Assembly (NCBI GenBank): GCA_051294375.1
Contig: JBJCIZ010000068.1
Coordinates: 1 to 16,232 of the forward strand
Direction: 5' to 3'
Origin: Paraspadella gotoi
Lineage: Eukaryota; Animalia; Chaetognatha
Length of the DNA stretch: 16,232 bases
Part shown: piece after piece, positions 1 to 9,975 of the stretch
Position numbering within the stretch: position 1 is the stretch's first letter
Layout of the letters: every line of letters starts with the position of its first letter
The notes under the pieces: model-generated
The model's database searches: none
What the model was told of the DNA's origin: nothing
The model's input: only the letters and a program-made list of their open reading frames with translations
Program-made: the position numbers and the translations under genes

Positions 1-1317
1 TGGCATTAACTTCGCCGAGAAAATTGAGGCCTCGCCTCCAATAAGGGGCTCCTGTGATGGCCGAAGAAATTGTATCGATTGTATCTTCCCAACCTCGCCG
101 AGTACATAAGTCGGCGGCATCGACCCATATTAGTGGCACCAGGATAGGTGATGACTGGAAAAATTCGAAAAGGTAAGTCCGTTGAAGATCATCAGGCGTT
201 CGCGACTGGATGCTTTTAGAATTTAGCGAGGTCGCTCATTAAAAGCATTATTTTTTGTAGCAATGTGGAAAACGCGAGCATCACAATAAAAAGAAAGAAG
301 GTCAATTTCAGTTTTATCTAGACCTGGTAGAGGAGTGTGGTATGCGACGCTAAAGTCGTTTGATTTTGAAATCAAATTCCACAATTCATCCAGACCAGTT
401 TTATCTCTAATGATGAGACCGTGTGACCGGCCGTCTCGTAAGAACGAGGGAAGATTGTGCAAAGGAATGTTAAACGGGTCTCCACAAGAGGAGAAAAACG
501 AATCAGACGCAGCCGGAGGATATTTTGGATGAGGTAGGCCGCGCATGTCCATAAGTCGTGTCGCGAGCCTAGAATGAAGATCGCGATCTTGGACACACTG
601 ACCTGGAAACAACCTGTCGTCTCCTGCTGCAATCGTTTGGCAGGCAGAATACATATCTTCCACCTCGGTTTCGCCTCGCAGGAATGACTCAGTCAAGATA
701 TCTGTGCGAGCTTTACAGACAATTTCGTAGTACGCCTCCTGGCAAAGGTATTTCCAACACCTTCGCAGCAGGTGCGAACAAATCGACCGACGTAGTACGG
801 AGAAAATTTATTTTTGTAATTTGGGATTTCATAAAGAGAGGAGAAAAAGGAAGAAAAACGAAGTTTAGCAAAAATAGTCTCTGGATATTCATAAGAGTTT
901 TATGATAAAGCTGATAATTATTTTGATTTCTTGGCGAGGAAAGTTTCTCGCAGCCTCTTTTAAAGTGTCGGTTCGCCCCGCGCCACTGATGAAATAATCG
1001 AGAAGAATGACGACTGGGCAAAAAAAAATAGTTGAGCTGAACAGCCCATGAAGTCGACCCAGCCCAAAAAACGTTTTCATTTAGAATTGCGCCGATAAAG
1101 TCATTTAAGTGATGATCAGTGAAGATAGTCATCATCGCGCGTGCAATGAAATACAGTCGTTGACGGTTGTCTCGTGTTTGTTTAGGAAAGAGTTTTAAGA
1201 TACCGACAAACTCTTCCACTGTCTTTTCTGGCGTTGAAGACTGAATGCGCTTTAAGTATTTTTAGAATTTTACATCGTTTAAGATTAATCAAGAGCTTTA
1301 CAGGTGAAGATTCAGCA
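1..1317 (-). CDS. Probable ORF3 C-terminal half (frameshift-fragmented): helical domain plus degenerate second exonuclease-fold domain
   Basis: Overlapping minus-strand ORFs (1182..1400, 713..1219, 889..1080, 223..696, and an open frame running off position 1) join into a protein-like sequence with single indels, several at homopolymers. LIIRDKTGLDELWNLISKSNDFSVAYHTP...EIDLLSFYCDARVFHI and VDAADLC...IDTISSAITGAP follow the spacing of a DEDDy fold but lack the ExoI acids. It could be a pseudogenised copy. Confidence 0.5.
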
Positions 1318-2938
1318 TTAATTGCTGGTCGCGCACAAGCGCGTTTGTAAATTAGTTTTCTTTTTAGTTTTAGATTTGTTAGTTTTGTTTGAAGTATCAA
1401 TTTCTATCACAACTGTCTCCATGACATCAGTGTTCAAATCTTCAGTCATAGTGGAAGTTGTTGAAACTGTTGCATTTGTGACAGTAGTTGTTATTGTAGG
1501 TATTGTTTGTTTAGATATGTTGGCTGTTTCTGTTGCCAATGAAGAAACGGACACGGATAGGCGTTGAGAACGACTAATAGGATTTGTTTTACAATAAACT
1601 ATTTCAAAGTTTTCGTTTGGTCGTCGTTGTTTCAGTCTAGCAATTGTGATTTCACGTNNNNNNNNNNCTAGCAATTGTGATTTCACGTCGTTTGCGTCTT
1701 ACCATTTCTTCTTTCTCTGCTTGGGCAATGCGTGCATTAAAATAACTGGCGCATTCTTCGAGCGCACCAGCAGAGTTAGGTTTTAAGCTGCCAGATTTAC
1801 CTTTCGCATAAGTTTCTACAATTTCGTGAAGGGGAGTACCGAAAAAATGGGAATCGTCGCTGATNNNNNNNNNNAACAAGTCAGGCGATAGCCCGAGAAT
1901 CTCCGAGATGTCAGCAACGGCGTCCCTTGCTGCTTTGGCATCAAGGACAGCATAACATAACTTACGCTTAGACAGGAGAGAGTGTTTTTCGCAATAATCG
2001 GACCTATGGTCACGATGAAAGTTTCTCTTGTCAAGGAAACGATCCTTGAAAGCAAAACGAAAGAAAAAACCAAGAGAAATCTCAATGAAATCAACCCATT
2101 TGCCAGTTTCGATGTACTGACGAAGCGCGGAAGGGCTATCTCCAAGGGATTGACAGAACCCATAGAGAAAGCCAATTTCGATTGCTTTTATTTTATTTTT
2201 CTCCCGCGGCAAGATTTGGAGAATTTCGCAAATCTCCTCAATATCGATTTTAACATTCTTACCAGTAAAGATGGCTTTATTGTGACAAAGAATTTCGCAT
2301 AAAAACTTTGGAGGACCCTCACGCAAACAGGACTCGCCAATTTTCGAATGTAACTGATAGAGGACGTGAATTTCTTCTTGTTCCACCATCGCGGATAGTT
2401 GCAGAGTTGCACCCTTACCTTCGCTGTCGAAGCCTATAAGAACAGGCTTGTTGCTTTTTACAAGCCATGTGAGGAGCCTTAACCCCACCTGTTCGTCGTC
2501 GGCATGATTTCGTACATGAGTGATTTTCTCTGGCATGAGAGTCTCTAAGGTGTTTTCCTTTTTCAATTCTCGAAATTCAAAATTTTGATAAGCGTCCTCG
2601 ATTTTTGAATTGGGCGCTCCCGCTTGTTGCGGAATACGGTCGAGGTCGACAAGAAGCTTTGCCATCTTTAAATCTGATGGAATCTCAATCTCGCGAGTTT
2701 CTTTTGAAGGCAAGACCTCCGTGCTATACGAGCATATAAACTGTCGTACGGGTTTAGGTGACTGATCCGGTTCAGGAGGGCGTTGTGGCACCGAACAGGG
2801 CGACTTTGGAGAGAGTTCAACAGACTCCGGCCTCGCGGTAGGCCAGTTTACCGGCTCGTAGACAGGTGTGACAGCGTTATACACTGTCGACATTGCGATA
2901 GCTTGAAGGCGCTGCCTAATATTAGTTTTCTTTCCCAT
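1318..2938 (-). CDS. ORF3 N-terminal half: Pro-rich leader, DEDDy (DnaQ-fold, WRN/RNase D/EXD-like) 3'-5' exonuclease, helical stretch, Thr-rich linker
   Basis: ExoI IGFDSEG (D 2426-2428, E 2420-2422) followed by ATLQLS. ExoII IFTGKNVKID (D 2243-2245), then SL...LDK...RSDY. ExoIII LSKRKLCYAVLDA (Y 1952-1954, D 1940-1942). ATG 2938 is in an AAAATGG context. ORFs 1652..2953 and 1318..1686 fuse once the 21-bp duplication flanking the 1658-1667 gap is collapsed. Confidence 0.85.
1637..1688. other. Assembly gap with duplicated 21-bp overlap
   Basis: CTAGCAATTGTGATTTCACGT is present on both sides of the 10 Ns (1637-1657 and 1668-1688). Other 10-N gaps are at 1865-1874, 3842-3851, 8194-8203 and 8452-8461. 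Confidence 0.85.
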
Positions 2939-3405
2939 TTTAGTGGGCGTCAAGTAAAAGAATAGCTTTTAAACGAACTAACTAAAAAGAGTAAAAACAA
3001 GAATAAAACCAAATCCAAATTCAATAGCTCGGTTTCAAAATAAAGAACTAGTACACAAAGCCTAACACTAAAAGACTTTGGCAGATAGGCCAATAACAAA
3101 TAAAATTCTAGCGCGCATTTTTAGTTTAAGAGATCTCTTATATATATATATATTTTTTTGTTTAGGCAGAATCAAACTACAGGCATTCACAGACATTCAC
3201 ACAAGCATAATTATTATAAAAAATTGTTTATTTGATGGCCAATTCGTTATTATCCATAAGCTTAAGCGGTAGTGAACCAGCTAAATTGAAACATTTTGAG
3301 CTTGGAATCTAGCTTTCATGAGAGCATAAAAACAAGTTGTCACGTCTGACAAACTACATGTAAGTATAAAAGATGAAATATCTACATAAAGTAAAAACAT
3401 TCTAC

Positions 3406-5800
3406 TTATTTTTTCGGTGTAGAGGCCAACAATGGACCTTGCGAAGAAGACGGACTATCAGTTTGTAAATTTTCTACTCTAATATTTCTAATTGATTCTA
3501 AAGGAGAAATATGTTGGTTATTTGATCTAAGTCTTGCACTTCGTCTCACAACCATTTCTTCGGGCTCTTTATTTTTATTTACAGATGGTTTACTTTTAGT
3601 TCTCATCCTATCAACCAATGGGTGAGGGGGAGGAGGTCTATGAAATTTAATAGAGGTTCGTTTAGCTAATTTTTCAGGTGTAGTTACATTATTATCAATC
3701 AAGTCGCCCTCTGAAAATGGCGTAAAAACTTCATCAAAAGATTTAGAGCGATTTCTAACATTACTCTCTGATGCACCGAAAGAATTAATACTCTCTTGAG
3801 AGTCTAAAACAATAGTCTCAGAAAAGTTTCTGAGTTTTGTANNNNNNNNNNGTATGTTTTGAGCATTTAGCTCCGCTGATATCGAATGAGGGGCAGAAGG
3901 CCCTCTTATTAGGTCTTGATTGGTTTCTGGATCAGGTAAATAAGCCTGCAACCTTGCGGTAGCATTATTTAGGTCGCGAAGTAGGCTATCCATATTTGAG
4001 GCCTGGGCTTGAGGCCTTACAATAAGCTGTGCTGCAGAAGGCAGCAATTCCCGATCATTATTGCTTGCATTGATTACAGCATACAAACTAACATTGGGAG
4101 TGTCTTTTTTGATCAGAGGTAGTTTCATTAATTTGTTGTAATTAGCATTTACAATTTTTAATTGTTCACGATTTTTACGAATTAATTTACCATGTTTGTC
4201 TTCACATATATAGGAAGTGCCTGGGCCTCCTGTAGGGCTACGGCATCTTTCCTTAACTGTGATGGGGCCGCGCCAACGCGGTTCTAATTTTCCTCGTCTA
4301 TCGTCTGGGACCCGCTCATAAACGTGGTCACCCACATCAAGAGGAGCACCTTTGGCTTTCTTATTGTAATGCTCTTCGTCTTTTGCTCTTTTTGCATTTT
4401 CCTTCGATTGGGCCTCCTCTTTTGTTTCCAAGACCTTTTGGCGCATACTCTGAACATAGTCATTTAAGGACTTATGTTTTATTTTAATTTCTCCACCTAA
4501 TGGAGGATGAGGCACTGGGGGAGGCCTCCCAAAGAAAAGCAAAAATGGAGTCATATCGTTTTTTGCAATGGGTGTAGTGTTGTACACCCATTCAACATAT
4601 GGCAAGTGGTCTACCCATGATTTACCATATTGTTGAAGACGCTTGGTTAAATCTTTTATTAGTGTTCGGTTTTGTCTCTCTACATTGCCCTGAGATTGGG
4701 GTCTGTATGCGACACTAGTTCGCTTTTTGGTCCCTAGGACCTTACAAGTCGCATTCATGATTTCAGAGACAAACTCACCACCATTGTCAGACGTTAGACG
4801 TTTAGGGGGGCCCGCAAAGCAGACTAAATTCTCAAAGGCTTTAGCGATGCCAATGGAGTTTTTGTTTCTAAGCTTATAAAGCTTAATATACCCAGAAAAT
4901 ACATCTTTGAAAACTAAGACGTATTTAAAGTTTCCGGGAGCAACTGGAAGTTGCAAAAGATCACAAACAACATGGTCGAACACGTTTTCAGCAATAATAG
5001 GCTGTAAGAGAGTTTTCACTTTCGGTTGCGGCTCTCGCATCTGATCACAGATAGAGCAATTCTTTGTAAATTGAGCAACATCTCGCCCAATAGTGGGCCA
5101 AATGGCATAGCGTTTAATTTTGTCTTGCATTTTGTTGTTACTTGGATGCCCAGCTAACATTGAGCCATGGCTATCCTTCAAGACATTTGCGACAAGGCTA
5201 TCCGGTAGCACTGCTTGCAACACCGGAGAATGGATACCTTTGTTAAAACCCTTACGATACAAGGCACCCTTTAGGATAACAAATCGATTAAAGTTCTTTA
5301 AATACCACTTCTCAGGAAATGACCTAGGCGGCCTCTTCCTGATTTTGACAAACTCCATGACTTCTGCCATGGTGGAATCATCTTCCTGTGCGCTTTTAAG
5401 CGCCAAGGCTTCACATTCAGCATTCAATTGTACAACCCTAGAATCATCTAGGTCATCGATACCCAATAGGGCCCAATTACCATTCTCTGCATATAATGCA
5501 TATTCATCCTCTTCAGAGGGCTCGTCATCCTCCTCGCCTCGTCTGCTCATTGCATCCGCGTCAGAATGAATTTTGCCCTGTTTGTATATGAGCTCAAAAT
5601 CATACTGGTCAAGCTCAATGGCCCACCTGGTACGCCTACCAGTGGCATCTTTCTTTGGATCGACTTTCTTCCAAGAAAGCAAGGGTCTGTGATCAGTTAT
5701 AGCAATGAACGGCGCATGCCTAAGATAATGGGCATTTGCGCGGATTGCCGAAAGCAAGGCAAAAAACTCTCTATCGTATGTAGACCATTTTTGTTGGGCT
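3406..5800 (-). CDS. pol: Pol part 2: C-terminal RNase H, integrase and long low-complexity tail
   Basis: After a 1-nt indel near 5800 the frame reads AQQKWSTYDREFFALLSAI...ITDHRPL...HSDADAMSR (RNase H). Integrase shows HHCC (HGSMLAGH...CSIC), the DDE core (VVCDLL, LTSDNGGEF, GNVERQNRTL) and GPY/F-like KLEPRWRGPITV. No chromodomain is recognised. Confidence 0.95.
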
Positions 5801-7907
5801 TAGAAAGCTTTTTAGATCCATAGGAAATGACTTTTTCTTTCCCCTCAATTTTCTGGGTTAGGACATAACCTATAGCGAGTAGAGAGGCATCACTCTTAAT
5901 GGTAAAGGTTTTTGTAAAATCAGGATAATGCATAATTGCATCCGAAATAAGTGTGCGTTTGAGCTCATCAAATGCTTTCTGATGCTCATCTTTCCAACAC
6001 CATTTTGCACCTTCTACAGTAAGATCAGTTAGTGGCTGAGCAACTTTACTGTAATTCTTGACATATTGACGGTAGTACCCCGTCAAACCAAGGAAGGTTT
6101 TAAGGCGTTTTGCATTTTCGGGCGGGGTCCATGATCGGATCTTTTCAACATTCCGAGGATCGAGAGCTATACCATCTCGCGAGAGCTTATGGCCTAAGCA
6201 CACCACGGTATCATGAACAAAATTACATTTTGAAGGGTTGAGCTTCAAACCAGCCCCCTCTAAGGCTGTGAGCACCTGATCAAGGTGCGTGAGGTGGTCT
6301 TCCATATTGCTATCAGCAATTAGGATGTCATCCATGTAACTGATAACATGTTGTGGGGGTAAACCCCGTAAGACGAGCTGCATGAGGGAACTAAGACAAC
6401 TTGGAGAATTTTTAGCTCCCATTGGAGCAACCTGATATTCCAGGTGCATTGACTCCGTAGAGAATGCAAAAAACTTCCTGTCATCAGGATGTATAGGTAT
6501 TTGCCAAAACCCTTTAGTCAGGTCCATAGAGCTGAAAAACCTTGGATTATCAAGACGCTGTATAGAATCTTCAATCCTAGGTAAAGGGTAGACAACTTTA
6601 TTGCATCTTTCATTGATACGCCTGAAATCGGTAAGGAAGCGCCATCCACCTGATTTCATTTTGACTAATAAAATCGGAGCCGAATAAGGGCTCGTGGAAT
6701 GGCTGATCAAGCCATCAGCAATCATTTCAAATGCTTGCTTGTCTATTACATCACGCATCTCAGGTCGAGTACGGTACGGAGGTACGGCAATAGGAGGAGC
6801 ATCTCTGTCCTTAAGATTAGCTCTATATTGTATAAGATTTGTGCGGCCATAGTCTCTGTTGTGTTTGGAAAAAGCTTTCTCATGCTTCTTTTCCAAAAGT
6901 TCGACAAGCCTTTCCTTATAAGGAAGAGCTTCTTTAGAAAGACCCGAATAATCTATAGACAACCTCTTAGCGCCTGGTGGAATGTCATTTTCCACCTTAG
7001 GTGTTGGTTGCGGTTGGTTATGGTCTGACTGAGATGTGTCTGGAGAAGGATCCATCACAATCTCATCTGGTTCCTCCTCTTGGGGAATATCATCAGCCGA
7101 CTCATAAGCCGAATCACTGCTGTTATAGGAACAGAGCATATCTGTTTTGACAGAATAATTATCGAATGTATCATCATCAGAAAATTCAGCATACCCGAGA
7201 ATGTGTCCGGCTGGAAGCTTCATGCTCACCGGGCTACAATTAATTATCTCGGTCATGAATTTACCATCGTCAATGTGGGCACATGCCCTACATGCCCAGA
7301 CATGGCCTCCCTGATTAAGAAAGGGGTCTGTAATAATAGTTTTGGTTGCACGAGGTAAGTGGTCACTATCAAGTTTAAGTTCGGCATCAAAGTGCATTTT
7401 TGAGAGTCCCGGGATGACAATGTCCTCCGGAACTTGGTAAAAGCACCCTGAAATGTAATGAGACTCCTCAATGAGTGGAGCGGAGTGATTACCCAAGAAT
7501 TTTAGTCGGCCTTCCGAAGGGCAAAGGGAAGCCGAATATTTCGAGAAAAAGTCCCAACCAAGAATGAAGGGCTGGACTAGGCCCTTAACTACCCTACAAT
7601 TGATTCGAAGATAGGTATTATCTATTCTAAATTTTACATTAACTATACCAATAGTAAGGACACGAGTGCCATTAATGGCCTTGCCCTTGGCAGAGAAGGG
7701 ACGAAAACTGCGATCTTTGATCCCAGGGTTGTCACGCAAGAATTCTTCGCTTATACAACTCTTAGTGCAACCCGTGTCGCCAAGTGTGGCGATGTTCCTC
7801 CCTTCTACTCTAATCATAAATTCAGCTTTCCATTTTGGCTTTGGGTCTGGGGGTAGATTATTTTCGACCTCTGCTCGACCCGTAGCAGGATCGGGTATTA
7901 GTTTTCC
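5800..7907 (-). CDS. pol: Pol part 1: aspartic protease, reverse transcriptase, N-terminal RNase H
   Basis: Protease LGDTGC (DTG 7770-7778). RT motifs SPYSAPILLV, WRFLTDFRRIN, YPLPRIED, MDLTKGFWQI, PMGAKNSP and YMDD (6327-6338). RNase H start IKSDASLLAIGYVLTQ. Corresponds to ORF 5697..7817 extended to the frameshift site. Confidence 0.96.
7865..7907 (-). promoter_or_regulatory. Candidate -1 programmed ribosomal frameshift signal (gag-pol)
   Basis: G GAA AAC (7907-7901) sits immediately before the gag TAA. The -1 frame is open into pol (GKLIPDPATGRAEVENNLPPDPKPKWKAEFMIRVEG). A hairpin CGATCCTGCT/AGCAG(A)GGTCG starts 7 nt downstream. Confidence 0.7.
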
Positions 7908-9070
7908 GAAGAATTTTCGGGGGTTGAGTCACGGCCATGGTCCCTTAAGGTGGACTTAGCCTTTCTCCGCTGCTTAACGAACTTTCTGATAGCTTCCTCC
8001 TCACTAGCATTAGCGCCACTTTCTTCATCTGATGTATTAACACCTCGATATCTGTCACGGTTACGATCGCGGTCACGCTCGCGACCATCTCGGTCACGTC
8101 TATCGCGACGGAAGTCACTACGGTTGCCACGGCCCTCGCGGCGATCACCATAGCGATCCTCCTGACGATCGGAACGTCGATCTTCATAACGACNNNNNNN
8201 NNNTTCTCGGTCACGATTGTATCGTTCACGACTGTCATAGCTACTACTTCTCCCTCGATAAGAATTTCGGGAGTATGTCTGACGATTACGGTCACGCCCA
8301 CGATCATCACGTCCCGAATCAGAGGAAAAAGAGGGGCTGCGATTAGGCCCTCGATTTCTATCATGGGTCTCAGTCCTTCTCTTGACCTCTTTAATATCAG
8401 ACATCATATTTTCTAGTTTGGTAGAAAGGCCAGCAATGGCACGTTCTACTTNNNNNNNNNNATCGTCAGCCATTGCGGCACCAGTGAAGGTGACCGATTT
8501 TTCAGACTTAGACTTTGAGGAATCATCCTCCTGAGTCATTTGGACTCGCATAGCAATTTGCTTAGCTTTATTAATATTTCGCTCATCTTCTCCACAACCC
8601 AAGTCAATTGCGTCGCGGTAAGGCTTAGGCAAAGCCATCCTGAATCTGAAGAACAACTCTCGCGCTTTGGGCACATCAGTCAAGTCTTTCTCGTGTTTCG
8701 AGACTTTTCTGATGATGCGAGCAGCCAAGTGATTAAATGATTCTTTACCGTCCCATTCGACAGTTATTTTTTTAGCTTGCCATCGATAAGTCTCTTGTGG
8801 GTCATTAAGAAGCTTAATCATTTCTCGCTTGGTTGCGGCATAATTTGCTCCAAGAGCAAGTTTAAAAACTTCCCTAGATGGCTCATCCAATTTTAAAGGG
8901 AGCCAGTGGAGGCATAACTCCTGTGTCCGAGCATCACTAGATGGGTTAGTGGCTAAAATCACTGCACGTTCAAAGAGAGTTATCCACTCTTCGAAGTCGT
9001 CAGTCTCAGAGTCAAATTTATCAATAGGAATAGAAGAAGCAGCCTTCTCGCGACTAGCCTCGCGAGACAT
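7898..9070 (-). CDS. gag: Gag (capsid-like N-terminus, Arg/Asp/Ser-rich C-terminus, no CCHC knuckle seen)
   Basis: First ATG at 9070 (MSREASREK). Retrotransposon Gag-like segment IDKFDSETDDFEEWITLFE...WLPLKLDEPSREVF. It lies directly upstream of protease. Two N gaps fall inside it (8194-8203, 8452-8461). Confidence 0.8.
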   Translation of the reverse strand: MSREASREKAASSIPIDKFDSETDDFEEWITLFERAVILATNPSSDARTQELCLHWLPLKLDEPSREVFKLALGANYAATKREMIKLLNDPQETYRWQAKKITVEWDGKESFNHLAARIIRKVSKHEKDLTDVPKARELFFRFRMALPKPYRDAIDLGCGEDERNINKAKQIAMRVQMTQEDDSSKSKSEKSVTFTGAAMADDXXXXVERAIAGLSTKLENMMSDIKEVKRRTETHDRNRGPNRSPSFSSDSGRDDRGRDRNRQTYSRNSYRGRSSSYDSRERYNRDREXXXXRYEDRRSDRQEDRYGDRREGRGNRSDFRRDRRDRDGRERDRDRNRDRYRGVNTSDEESGANASEEEAIRKFVKQRRKAKSTLRDHGRDSTPENSSEN

Positions 9071-9975
9071 TGTGACCGATTCGAAAGTCACGTACGAAAA
9101 TTTGCAAGACGAAGTTCACGATTGATGATAAAAGTTAAGAATTGTAGAAATTACGAAGTTGAATAAATGTTTATTAAAACGCTGATAAAAAGGTTTATAT
9201 TTGTTAAAAACAGTCCAACAGGTCAGCGGTGCAGAATACCAAACTAAAACATCTTGCATCGGAAGAGAAGTCCAAAAAAAAAGGAACACCAATCACTCTG
9301 AGGATCATCCAGGTGGCTAAAAATCCCGTCGCTCTGGTCGCAGGAGCCGTTCAAGCCGACCCCTTGTCTCGTCACTTGGGAAGTTGGTGAAATCGCACAC
9401 AAGGACTACACCCAGAGTCTTTGGAGAGAAATGTCTTGGGGGTACCCGCGGATTTTTAGCGGTATAGGGCTAAGCACCGTGCCGAATGTAGAGGCGGACT
9501 TACAATCAGCCGATGGAGTGTGCCACAATGAGGGAGGTAGCCAAGCAAGCCTCCCTCCGACTTCTAAAGCAGGGACTTCAGTTGAATCTGTAGCCAGGTC
9601 GTCAGAGTGTCACATGACAAAGCTAATTGGGCTCCACGAACGTTTTGCCGTCTTTTACAACGCGAATGCGAGGAACTGCGCAAGGTCGCTTCGCAAAACC
9701 CGACAATGTCAAACGTAGACACAACTTCTCCACAAGCAAGATTCGCGAAGTCTCAGGAAGAATTATTTTGAAAGAACAAACACAACTTCACAGCAGGGCT
9801 GAACCCAAAAAGGTGCTGTCATAACAGCCAACTGCTGACGAAAAAAAAGGTCAATCGCCAATCCACAGTACGTCAGGATCAACCCGATAGACCAATGGGC
9901 GATGACGCAAAACTCCAGAGAAAAGAGCGCAGATTGTCAACCGACAGGGTTCTCTACATAAGAATGCAGATAGGA

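Noticed and set aside
1637-1688. 21-bp direct repeat as a target-site duplication or biological repeat
   Set aside because: It flanks an N gap exactly, and collapsing it restores the reading frame, so it is an assembly overlap artefact.
1318-2953. ORF3 as an envelope (env) gene
   Set aside because: There is no signal peptide, furin-site/fusion-peptide pattern or C-terminal TM anchor. The DEDDy motifs explain the sequence.
2954-3405. 3' LTR or polypurine tract after integrase
   Set aside because: No similarity to 9987-10368 is visible. The region is an AT-rich spacer with a short (TA)n run.
335-8740. Short plus-strand and alternative-frame ORFs overlapping gag, pol and ORF3 (e.g. 5120..5569, 6699..7028, 7945..8364, 1982..2302)
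   Set aside because: These are shadows of the real coding frames, with no recognisable motifs.
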